This document shows, piece by piece, positions 42,282-53,700 of a stretch of 64,000 nt of DNA. The notes beneath the pieces are model-generated. The model was not told where the DNA came from. It saw only the letters and a program-made list of their open reading frames with translations, and made no database searches. A program made the position numbers and the translations under genes. The stretch comes from Carpediemonas membranifera BICM (Eukaryota; Protista; Fornicata). Where the stretch lies: the NCBI GenBank assembly GCA_019828565.1, contig JAHDYR010000032.1, forward strand, positions 1-64,000, read 5' to 3'. Within the stretch, counting starts at the first letter, position 1; every line of letters begins with the position of its first letter.

Positions 42282-45200
42282 TGTAAGTAACGTTACTGTG
42301 GGTTCGTGAGAACAAAGCTTTACAAAGAATAGAGCTCGACACCCATGTGTCGAGCTGGACGACTCAAGACTATTAAATAATCTATTGATGAACCAACAGC
42401 CCCAACGCCCACTCCGCGGCTCCGCGCCCTACGTGTTCCTTCTGCGGCAAGGTCGGCCATGACATAGACCACTGTTTCGCTAAGCGTGACAAGAAGCCCC
42501 GTAATAAACGGGCATCCTATTTTGAGCTGTTGACGATAGATCCCTTGCCTGGTCCAGAGAGAGTGACACCGCAGGCCGTATTCTCGGTGTCGACCCCAGG
42601 GATGCCCTGTGTCCGCGCGCTATTTGACACAGGCGCCACAGCGAATTTTATTAGCCGCGAGCTCCTGGAGCAGCTCAAACCAATCTCGGTACGGCCCACG
42701 ACTCGCAAGGTCCAGTTTGGCAGTGGCCAAATAATGAAAGCCGCACAGGAAGCCATACTGGAGCTCGACCTTGGAGTTTGTAAGACATCGGGGCGCCAAC
42801 TCACGGCGTTGGCCCCCTCCTAGTTTTGGATCAGCTATCCCATCCACTTGTACTTGGCTATCCACTTCTTAACGAGCTAGGCGTCGTTCGCTTTGATATG
42901 GGCGAACCAGACGTTTCTGACACTGACAGCGAGGTGGACGTGGACCTCAACGTCATAGAGACCGACGATAACCAGGAGCCCCAGTGCCTGGTGCCCGAGC
43001 TAGCTTCAGAAGTCGAGGCCCTTCAAAGGCGCTTTCCTGAGCTGTTCGGCGGTCTGACAGCCACGCCAGCCAAGGTCACACCCTTCGACATTGTCCTCGA
43101 GGAAGGAATGACCACCAACTGCCCACCATACCGCTACTCAGCCGCTGTCCTCGAAGAAATTCGCCGGCAGACTGAGGAGCAGGAGGCAACTGGAATCATT
43201 CAACCCTCAGAGTCGCAGTTCAACTCCCCAATCGTTGCCGTCACCAAGCGTGACGGGACAATAAGACTGTGCCTTGACTTCCGCCGGGTCAACGAGATTA
43301 CCCGACCTGACGAGCACCCCCTGCCTATCATTGATGACCTCGTGGGAACCCTGGAAGGAAAGCAGTTTTTCGCTGCAATAGACTTGTCCAAGGCCTTCCT
43401 TCAAATCCCACTCACTGATACAGCAAGAACCATTACTGCATTTGTTGCTGCCGGGAAGAAATACGAGTACTTACGGATGCCTTTCGGCCTCCGGAACGCC
43501 GCAATACATTGCCAGAGATGCCTAGAGGAAGCCCTGGGTCCCGCTCTCTACATAAGAGCGCTGGTCTACATTGATGACATCGTTGTCTTCGGTAACGACC
43601 AAGATGAGTTCATCAGCAATCTGAGGGATGTGTTAGAACGGCTCGACGCCGCCAACCTTCGGATCAACGCCAAGAAGACCATCCTCCATACTGTCAACAT
43701 CCCTAGATTATCTTTGCTAAACCCTAGATTATCTTCGACCTCAAAACGCTAGATAATCTACAATTTCTTGCTCAGAAATGAAGTATTCATTAAATTTAAG
43801 CTATTTAGAGATAAACGAAGGTCTTCTTTAGAGTCCATATGATGTACGTAGAGCATGGAAAGAAGCTCTGGCTCTGACTCCTTGCCTGGTTTGAGCATTT
43901 CGCCGTGCAGGTTAAGACGAAACGATAAAATGGACAATAACAGAAAATCTAACAGGTAGATTCACTACGATAGTGATTATGTGAGTAGTTGAAAGGAGGT
44001 ACATATGCGCATAATCACTTTCAGAGTGAATCTACCTGTTAGATTTTGAGATATGGTCGATTTCTTGTTTTTTGACTTGGCTAGAGTCGAATTGAAGAAA
44101 AGGAGAGGCTATTACTCAGGGAATATTGCTCGTCAAAGAAAAGCAAGCAAGGCCGCGAGGTATGGCCACCCGACCTACAAGATGGGCTGGGTGTCATCGC
44201 GTAAGGACGACCGGTCGTGCGCGGTCAACGCTGACAAAACTTAGCGATTCAGAGAAATAAATGGCGCCACCGTATTCAGCACAAGGCAGTGAACTCAGCT
44301 ATATGTTTTTTTCTCAGTATATTTACCCAGCGGCTGATCCCACAGTTTAAGGACGGGTATTAGCCTGCACTTTGCATGAAAAAATTATGCCTGAACACGA
44401 CCAATTATCCAAAACACAGCATTTAGCATGCAACAGGAGCTGGAAGCAGCTGCAACATCTATTCTAGGCCATTCCACAACCATTACGCAAGAAATTGACG
44501 CAATAGAGGCCATTCAGTCCCATTACTTCATAGATTCACGCTTGAACGATATTACGAGCCTTATCAGGCGAGAAACAAGAAAGCTGAACGCGATTGGTGA
44601 CTCCTTTCTCGCTGAGACATATGCAGCATACTGACAGCCACGACACGCTGTTCAAGCAGATTTAAGGGAGCGCCATCACCAAACACGTAAATAGACCTGT
44701 ATACGACAACCAGAGACGGACGTATGAGTCAGAACGGTGTGCTACCGGAATACGCAGGGTGTTTTGTGCCCTGTTGATTCCAGGAGCACGCTGCTCTGGG
44801 CCACGTGAGATACCGCGAGACTAAATCCGATCTTTACTATCTCTTACATATGCAAATATCATGAGTGTGTCCCTGCTCGTGAATGGGAACATCCAGCCAG
44901 TCTGAGTCAAAGCTACGGTCTGCTTTCGACAAGACAGTGCGCCATAGGCCGTTGACTAAACACCATGTGCAGCTTTTGGCACTCAGTCGACCTCTGTTTG
45001 AAGGTCAAGTGGATGGTCTATGGAAGAAGGTGTTGAGGTAGGGCTCGTGTTTGACGGGCAATGAGGAAGGAGAGATCTCACTGGATGTGTGCATCTGCGG
45101 CAAGTATGAGTAAAGAATGAAAACATGATTGGTAGTTATAGATCGCGAGAATAGGCATTCTCATCTGCATTGCGGAGAAAAGGAGTTGATGTTGTATTAA

Positions 45201-45624
45201 GAAAAGGACGAATGCATTATCAGCCATTTGAATGCATGGCTCCAAACTACACGCGTTTTGGCGTTGATATTGATTATTAAATGCACTGTTGGTAGCCTAT
45301 TGAGGGATTTCGTCACTGTACTCGAATGCACAAGTGTGCATTTTATGCTCGCAACGAGACTGAAATGGCGAACTGACGAATAGAAAGAATACGCTGCAAA
45401 GGGGGCACAATGCGCTCAGAGAGCGATACTGCCGACAGTATCGTCTTTTCCTTCATCTGACATTGTAAAGAGGAAGAGTTTATGATTGGAGCATAGCTGA
45501 TGTCCATAAACACCATTCATAAGCCAGTCCTGGCTTGTTTTCCACTGCTACTTCTCTCGTTGCGACGCACAGCTAGCTGTCGCGAAATGCACTTTAAGAC
45601 CAATTTTCACACAGCTACCTGTGC

Positions 45625-45847
45625 ATGGTGTTCGAGCTAGATAGCGACAAGCTGGAGCGACTTACTTCCTTACCTGGTAATAGTAGACAATATCTGCACG
45701 ACTTTGAACCTGAAAAGCTGCAGGTCGTGATCAAAGTTGATGAGCATTATGGTATGGAGGTTCCCACCCTGCTAGCGCTCAAGGACAGTCCGCATGTCCT
45801 CCCTGTCGTCGATACAGGTTTTGTCGACCGTGATCCAGCCTATATGC
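45625..45847 (+). pseudogene. Protein kinase N-lobe fragment
   Basis: VVIKV...EV.TL..LKDSPHVLPVVD resembles kinase subdomains II-IV; interrupted by an inverted-repeat segment at 45848. Confidence 0.5.
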
Positions 45848-47224
45848 GGTATTGCAATTTCAGAATTTCGTACATACAAAATTATCAAATACTTGGATTC
45901 GACCTAAACTTGGCTCAGATCCGCAATCCTGAGCTGGAGTGGGTTCATGGGAACATTTTAAAATTTTAAAGTAGTCATGAACATCCAAATTCTAAGACAA
46001 TCTCCGGTACTGGAAGTAATTCTGAAATTGCAATACCAACACAAGTTATATTTCTGAAAACCGAATACACGGTGATACTGTTATCTATTAGCTCCAGTAG
46101 GGACCCAGGCCAGGTTTTGTACACCCTACCCGCTTGCCTCGGAATTCGGACATGCCGAAATTCTGAAATTCGAATACCACCGCCCATTTTTGACGTATGA
46201 GATCAGTATCCCATGCCAAACCTCAGGACGGCATTGTGTACCTTGTCCTGCCCTGTATCCATTAGATAACCACCCACTTTCCTTTCACAATGTGCATTTT
46301 ATGCTCGCAACGAGACCGAAATGAGGATCTTAAGAATAGAAAGAATACTGGCGGCTTTAACGTAGTAGGCATGCACATATCACTAAGAAACATCAGTAAG
46401 CGAGCGCAGAGCATCATTAAAGCAACAATTATCCCTAAACAACATCAACAACTATAAGTCCACTAGGACCATACGATATGAACTATAAATGAACCACAGA
46501 GCAGTATAGATGATTTGAGAGTACCAGGCATGGCCAGAATACCGCAATACTCGCCCGTTGATCCACGTGACCTCCATCTTGGTCGGTATCCAGAGAACGC
46601 CCGTCAGACGCTTGCAACGGAACATTTAGGGGTGCATCCTGAATAGGGCCAGATTTGAGGGACCCTTGGTCTGATATGTCATGACCGAGTTCTCTAGGGG
46701 CCTCCACAGTGCGTCCCGAGGTACGTTAGAGCACCACAGACCTTCCCCCAAAAGCTGACTCCTGGACCCCTTGGCCGGAGCTCGCCCGAAGCGTGCCTCG
46801 GCTTGAACTAACGGCAAGAGAGCATAAAATCAGCCCTTTCGAACCGTGTTTTATGCTCTGCTGCCGTTATAGAATTATTCAAAGGGCCCTCTCTTTGCGC
46901 TTTTTTTCTGGTTCGTGGGACGAAGTAGGGACGGACAAAAAAGCACATACGGAAGGTATTGGAGGTACTGAGGCCGCCTAGGTACATAGTTGCCGTGTGG
47001 ATGGTTTCAGTTTATTAAGGAGGAGCTCCAGGATAAGTTGAAGAAGCAGTTTATGGCACTCGCCGGACCAAGAAGTTCCAAGAAGCTGAAGCATATCGTG
47101 TATAGCCAGGGAGAAGCGCAAGGCGCGTAAGGCCATTATTGAGGCCATTGACGCCGAGGAGAAGGACAAGGGCAAGGGCAAGGCCGAGAGCGCTAAGAAA
47201 GAACCCGTCGACGATGAGAGTGGC

Positions 47225-48922
47225 GTGGACAGTGGTGAAGAGAGCGGCGTCGACGATTCTGAGTTGTGCGACAGTGAGAGTGAGGTGGACTTTGACAACG
47301 AGTCCGACGATGAGATTAGAGAACGCGCGATCAAGCGCCGGCGCGAGAGAAAGATCGCCCAGAAGCTCAAGGAGTGGGAGGACAATAACGCTCGCAACTA
47401 CGTCCTGTGGCATAGAGTCCAGAAGGAGGTGCACGGCGAGCTTCGCATTCGCGCCTCTCGAGAGTCAGCTTCGGTTGCTGGGGACAACCACGTCGACGTC
47501 CAGTTCGACAGATACCTTCGCGTATCCAAGCTGCTCGAAATGAAGGACTGGATTCACAAAGACCTCCCATCTCTTCCGATGGAGGCACGAGTGCTCCATC
47601 ACAAGGCGCAGAAGAGAGTACTCGAGCTGGAGGAGACCGTCACGAGGCTGCTGCAAGACGTGGGATACGCAGCTGACATCTCCATCGGTGCCAGCCCGAC
47701 ACCCGCGCCGTTTCGCCGCGACCTACCCCAGTCGGGCACACACCAAGCACGAACGAGTACCCCCCGCCGTACGGGGAAGAGCGACACAATCCACATGAAG
47801 CGCAAGGCCCTCATGACAATCCCTCAGAAGATCGCTGATGTCGATAGCAACTCAGAGGAGTCAGACGAGGAGGAGATGGTGACAGAGGAGAAGAAGCGCG
47901 AGGCACACGAGGAGGTGGTGACAGAGGAGAGGAAGGGTGAGTCACATGAGGAGGACGTGACCAAATGCGACGCCTGCATCCAGGCTGAGCCCGAGAAGGC
48001 CAGGCCAGAGGACTCGGAGGAGGAGTCAGAGGAGGAAGAGGAGCCAGTGGAGGAGGGTGAGGCAGAGGAGGAGGAGCAGGAGGACGAGATGGCTGAGTCA
48101 GAGGTGAATGCAGAGTCAGAGGAGAAGCGTGAGGCAGATAAGGAGCAAGAGGCAGACAACGAGGTGGCATTCGAGGCTGAGTCGGACGTTGAATATGTCC
48201 AGGTCGACCACGTCGACCCAGCTTCCGAGCAGATGAGGAGCAGGGAAGTCAAGTTTAGAGTTGACGTCGCCAATCAGCTGGAGAAGAGCAAGCAGTGGGT
48301 CAGATACAAAACCCTACCCCACGGCAACTGCATAACACACTGCCTCATGATGATCGAGGGCGTCACGGAGCCTCATGCGTTCAAGAGCTGGGAGACGATG
48401 ACGAATGAAGAGCAGTGTGCAGTGGAGACGAAGGCGGACAACTACCGCGAGCAGATATACAAGGAAGCGATAGAGATGAACCGGCGGGCCACTCCGGGGT
48501 ACAGGCGGCCCGAGGAGGGTCTCCGGGACGAACTTTTCCATGAAGTGTGCAGTGTACACACTGTCACGGAGGAGGGCAACATCGGTAAGCCAATCATGCA
48601 GGAGAAGTGGTTGACTCAGTGGGCTGTTGAAGCCTGGTGCTCAATGACTGGAAAGTCCGTTGCATACCTCCATGTTGTCCGGGATTTTGACCCAAAGATC
48701 GATCCAGTCGTCGGCATGTACGTTTTTAGCAAGTCTGAGGAGGGCAAGGTGACACATGTCGCGTTTAAGCCCAACGAAAACGGCCAGAGCGCCCTGGCGT
48801 GTTTTGCCCAACAGTGTCGCGAGTGGAAAATCGAGTATGCGGTCGAAGTGACAAGGGGACACGCCACTCTGCGCAAGGTTCCTCCCGGGCTGAAGAGGAG
48901 GAGATGGTCAGTGAAGAAGTAA
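47225..48922 (+). CDS. Acidic/coiled-coil protein with a C-terminal OTU-like cysteine protease domain; true start probably upstream (~47000)
   Basis: PHGNCITHCL (compare DGNC), WLTQWAVEAW..TGKSVAYL (compare WG..EL.A) and RGHA (catalytic His) in OTU order. Confidence 0.6.
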   Translation: MDSGEESGVDDSELCDSESEVDFDNESDDEIRERAIKRRRERKIAQKLKEWEDNNARNYVLWHRVQKEVHGELRIRASRESASVAGDNHVDVQFDRYLRVSKLLEMKDWIHKDLPSLPMEARVLHHKAQKRVLELEETVTRLLQDVGYAADISIGASPTPAPFRRDLPQSGTHQARTSTPRRTGKSDTIHMKRKALMTIPQKIADVDSNSEESDEEEMVTEEKKREAHEEVVTEERKGESHEEDVTKCDACIQAEPEKARPEDSEEESEEEEEPVEEGEAEEEEQEDEMAESEVNAESEEKREADKEQEADNEVAFEAESDVEYVQVDHVDPASEQMRSREVKFRVDVANQLEKSKQWVRYKTLPHGNCITHCLMMIEGVTEPHAFKSWETMTNEEQCAVETKADNYREQIYKEAIEMNRRATPGYRRPEEGLRDELFHEVCSVHTVTEEGNIGKPIMQEKWLTQWAVEAWCSMTGKSVAYLHVVRDFDPKIDPVVGMYVFSKSEEGKVTHVAFKPNENGQSALACFAQQCREWKIEYAVEVTRGHATLRKVPPGLKRRRWSVKK

Positions 48923-49404
48923 GAGTAAAGGATTGATATACCGACCGTATCGCTTATGTTTATGTGACCTTGAGGTTGATTCGCGGTTTGTAGGTGGGTA
49001 TGGTGCTATATTACTCAGCCTGCTGTATATGTCTAGTCTACAGCCTGTATGCAGCTGTCTGTGGTGGTAAATATCGTCGGCTGGCCGAGAAAGCATAAAC
49101 TGCACACTTGTGCATTCGAGTACAGTGACGAAATCCCTCAATATGCTACCAGCAGTGCACTTAATAACCAATATCAACGCCGAAACGCGTGTAGTTTGGA
49201 GCCGTCCAGTTTTTTGCGCTAGTAATGCCTCCAAAACCCTTTTAATCAACATCATCTTCTGTTATCGACCATGTCAACGAGAATGATCAGAATAAACGAC
49301 GATTTGGCACTGAATGAACCTTGTAATGAGACTGGTCAAGCCTGTGGACACGAAAACAGCTCTCAATAACAACATCAAGAAGGCAAGACATGAAGATGGT
49401 TTAA

Positions 49405-49880
49405 ATGGAGGAGAGCCCCAGGGGAAGAGAGCCGGGGGGAAGAGCGCCCGGGGGAAGAGAGCCCCAGGAGAGCCCCCGGGGAAGAGCGCCCGGAGGAAGA
49501 GAGCCCAGGGGAAGAGCCCGGAGGGGAAGAGAGCTCAGGAGCAGGGAAGAGCTCAGAGGGAAAGAGCACGGGCAGAAAGAGCTCGAGGGAAGCAAAGGCT
49601 CGAGGAAAATCAAAAGCGGCATCGAGGAAATCGAGGCATCGGGAAGAAATCAGGCGCAAATCAGGGCTCAGGCATCAAAAAGGCGAAATCAGGACAGAAA
49701 AGGCAGCTCGAAGAGCTCAGAAAGGCAGAACTCAGGGAAGAGCCCTCGGAGGAAAGAGCAGAGGCCCAGGAAGAGCTCAGGAAGAGCATCAGAGGGAAAG
49801 AGCCCAGGGGAAGAGCGCCCGGAGGAAGAGAGCCCCAGGAGAGCCCCAGGGGAAGAGAGCCGGGGGAAGAGCCCCAGGAG
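49405..49880. repeat. Purine-rich minisatellite (~14-15 bp units, GGGGAAGAGAGCCC)
   Basis: Directly visible; degenerate in the middle. Confidence 0.85.
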
Positions 49881-50330
49881 AGCCACCAGGGAGGAGACAC
49901 GGGGAGAAAGCATGTGGGGCCCCGGAAAACGCCAGCACCAGCGCAAGTAAGCTATTCTATTACAAAAATGCTTCACTTGAGCTGGTACTAGAGCGTTTTC
50001 GGGGGCCCTTGCCCATCTTTCGTTGTCTGATTTTTTCGTGCAGAATTCAAACGAGAGCCGCCTGGAAGAGGCTGAGCAGGGAGAGCTAGGCACCTGCGGC
50101 ACCACTCGTCTGGCCCAGCTCCCGGGGGTATGCTCCAGGAAAATTCTGGTGCAGATTTGGGGGAGCAGAAATGTCGACGAACCCCGAAAACGCCATAACC
50201 GGCACCAGTGAGCGCATCTTCGTTGATGAAGCTCATTGGTGTTGGCATTATGGCGTTTTCGGGGTTCGATACTGTACTCGTGGCCTGAGGCGCCCGCACA
50301 GCGCCACCACGCCAGCAGCAGCGCCCTCAC

Positions 50331-50735
50331 ATGCCTGATGCCCTCATCCTGGCGCCCTCATCCTGGCGCACTCATCCCTGGCGCCTCATCCCTGGCGCCC
50401 TCATCCATGGCGCCTCATCCCTGGCGCCCTCATCCCTGGCGCCTCATGCCTGGCGCCCTCATCCATGGCGCCTCATCCCTGGCGCCCTCATCCTGGCGCC
50501 CTCATCCTGGCGCACTCATCCCTGGCGCCTCATCCCTGGCGCCCTCATCCATGGCGCCTCATCCCTGGCGCCCTCATCCCTGGCGCCTCATGCCTGGCGC
50601 CCTCATCCATGGCGCCTCATCCCTGGCGCCCTCATCCCTGGCGCCTCATCCCTGGCGCCCTAATCCATGGCGCCTCATCCCTGGCGCCTCATCCCTGGCG
50701 CCCTCATCCATGGCGCCTCATTTCTGGCGCCCTCA
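50331..50735. repeat. Minisatellite of 14-15 bp units (CCTCATCCCTGGCG) with a 144-bp higher-order duplication
   Basis: Directly visible; blocks starting at 50341 and 50485 are identical. Confidence 0.92.
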
Positions 50736-53700
50736 TCGCAGCGCCCACACAGCACCCCTACGCCAGCGCCCTCTGCGCCACGACGTTACCGCCCTCTGCG
50801 CCACACCCACACCGCAACCGCCAGCCCCACGCCAGCCCCGCATCACCGGCGCCCTCAACAGCAAGTTCCATCATCCACATCACTCCTTAACAACATCAAC
50901 GACTCGCCTACCACCGACAGCGATGGCGAAGTCTGCGTTGATGTCGCCAGTGCCAACCCAGTTGGCATACGCGTCGCAATGAATGTAAATGTTTACGTGT
51001 TCTCTTCGTACCTTCTATCGTCCAGGATCTGCTTTCAGACGTCCATGAGCGATCATCCCTTATCCTGCGGAGCAGCCCAACATCAGCTCCAGCGGTTCAG
51101 AGCATGCGTACAATGCTTCCGGGGCATGTAGAGTGATCGTGTAGGAGCTTTATGACGATTCCAGGACGTGGAGTTCAGGAATACGTCCGTATTACCCAGC
51201 AAGTTTCATCATCTCCATTATTGCTGCAGTATTCAAAGTAAACGCGAACAACACGATCTATCTCCATTCATTGGCGCCTCGAGGAGCGCTTCAGTCCCTC
51301 TAGAGCGTGCGTCAGCAGCATTTCGATCGAGATTAAAAATCACCCGAATTCTAGCTCTGTTCTGGCCGCTGCAGGCACCGCTGGGCGCGATAGAGCTCGG
51401 AGCGGCGTTGTCTGCCAAAAAGAGCATATTGCTCCCGGTGAAAATTGAACCCACGATCAGGAGACTGGGTAGCAAAGTCTCTTCCCTCTATACTATGAAT
51501 TATGGGAAATCCGCTCTTATTAGGCTTCCTACAGGGAATATAGGCCATTTTGGAGGTATGAGCGACTGGGAGGGGAGTTTGGGGGACATTTACGGTGTGG
51601 CTGGAGTCTACTCGGGCAGACTATTATAACGAGGCTCAGATCAGACCTCTACGGCAGCTATACGAGGAGAAACGAGCCAAGCAGCGCGCTAGCGGCCCAT
51701 GGCTGCAGCAGCGCCCAGCCAAGCTCAGCTATAGGGTCACCAGAGACCCCAAATGACGTGCTGATCAGGTCGACTCCCATCTATTGACTTGGTAATTGCA
51801 GAGGCCGTCTGAACGCGATGTCCTAATAACCGACTTGGTCGGAGCGGTTCGGCGATGACTCCTCTGTATTCCACGCCTTCTTCTGATGCCGAAACATGCA
51901 GTCCTTTTGAGTCAACGCGCGTCCTGTCCGTCAGGCATGAAGGGCATTCAGCAGAGGCATTGCTGCGGGCTGCAGGCCGCCCTAGCGCTTCAGGATGGCC
52001 AACTGCATGATCTGGACCCATGTCTATCAAATCCATTTTGATCACATCAAACGTGTGTCAAATCCGGCAAATCGATTTTGCGATAAAAAAAGGGGCAGAG
52101 GGGAGGAAGCGACCCATAAGGCGTACCTATGGACCATTTCCTCCACCCTGCCCGTTTTTTGAGTCTCAACTCTCAATTCGAATTTGTCCCTATGTTACTT
52201 TTTTCTAGCAGGATTTAAAGTTTGATACTGCGCATGCGTATTGCTTAGGTATAGCCAAGTACTACCATACCACTTTGAAGATCCAGCTCCGGCTCATCGT
52301 CGAGTTCATTTTTTCTTGCAACCGTAGATTATCTAGCTTTTTGAGGTCGAAGATAATCTAGGGTTTAGCAAAGATAATCTAGGGATGTTGACAGTATGTC
52401 GCAGCCCGAAGCATCGACTATCTCGGATGGCATGTCTCCGCGGAAGGGAAATCCATCTCGACCGATCGTCTCGAACCCATCCGCACGCTCAAGGCCCCCT
52501 CAAACATCTCTGAGGTACGCAGCCTCTTAGGTCTCGTCAACTATTTCCGCCCGATGATACCGAGCTTCGCTGTGACAGCTGAGCCGATCCTAGCACTAAC
52601 GCGATCCGGCGTCGCGTGGCGCTGGGAGGCCCCCCAACAGCAAGCCCTCGAGCGGATCAAGGAGACCCTCCTGGATAACATGGTCCTGGCCCACCCGAAA
52701 CCAAACCAGCCCCTTCACCTGTTTACTGATGCCAGCGACATAGGCATAGGTGCGGTGCTCACTACCGGGACCGGCTCGGAGATGAAAGTCGTCTCCTATT
52801 TTTCCAAGACTCTGACCCCCGTCCAACGTAGGTGGTCTACCTATGAACAAGAAGGTTTCGCTATTATATCAGCGATTGCTCAGGCACAACACTTTCTCAG
52901 GGGTCGCCACTTCACACTGCATACCGACCACCGTAATCTGGTCTTTATGGCCACCGCCACAGCACCCAAGGTCCAGAGGTGGCGCCTGCAGCTTCAGACA
53001 TACGACTTCGACATTGTGCATGTGGCCGGCGCCGACAACGGCGCCGCCGACGCACTTAGTCGCCTTCTATCTGTCACGCTACTTCCCTCCGAACGGGAGG
53101 AGCTAATTATGCATTTCCACGGCCGACGTGGAGGCCATGTCGGATATAGGGCCGTTGTAGAGCACCTCCGAGAGGCAGGCCACACTTGGAAAGGCATGGT
53201 AGCCGACACTCGACGTGTCATCTCCACCTGCCCTACCTGCCAGCTGACAAGGCCTACGAAGCCCGCACAGACATCCATGGGACGCACCGCCGCCAGTGCT
53301 CCATTCGAGCGGATTCAGATAGACACGCTCGGCCCTCTCCCTGTTGCCGACACCGGCGAGAGATATCTCCTAGTCCTTGTGGACACTTTCAGCAAGTATA
53401 CTAAGCTTTACCCCACAGTGACTTGCTCGGCGAGCGCCGCTGCCGCTGCCATCCGCGATTGGTCCGCCAATTTCGGCAGACCTAAGGAGATACAGTCCGA
53501 TAACGCCACTCAATTCACAGCCCAGGCCATCGCCGAGCTCCACGAACGTCTCGACTTATCCCACCGCTTCTCCCCGCCCTACCACCCAGCCGCCAACGGC
53601 ATAGTGGAACGCCAGAACGCGGAGATCATTAAGTATATGAGGTCACTGCTTTTCGACAACCGGCAAGACAAGACGGAGTGGCCCAGCCTAATCCCGGCCG

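Larger units (their letters stand above)
36265..42398 (-). mobile_element. Full-length chromovirus family B with an extra antisense gene
   Basis: Identical 102-bp LTRs 36265-36366 and 42297-42398; TSD GCCC (36261-36264, 42399-42402); PPT 36367-36376. Confidence 0.97.
43687..52398. mobile_element. 8,712-bp TIR DNA transposon (CMC/EnSpm-like ends), apparently non-autonomous
   Basis: 75-bp TIRs 43687-43761 and 52324-52398 (one mismatch) starting CATACTG with internal TAGATTATCT repeats. The 2-bp TSD TC is defined by comparison with the uninterrupted family C copy 2. Confidence 0.92.

Noticed and set aside
43190-43198. 9-nt complement (CTGGAATCA) in family C pol to the putative small-RNA arm
   Set aside because: A 9-mer match is expected by chance about half the time in 64 kb on two strands.
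50331-50735. CRISPR-like array
   Set aside because: Units are contiguous with no unique spacers, the context is eukaryotic, and there are no cas genes.
49314-51131. ORFs of 110-248 aa over the minisatellites
   Set aside because: Open in several frames because of stop-free repeats; no protein-like signal.
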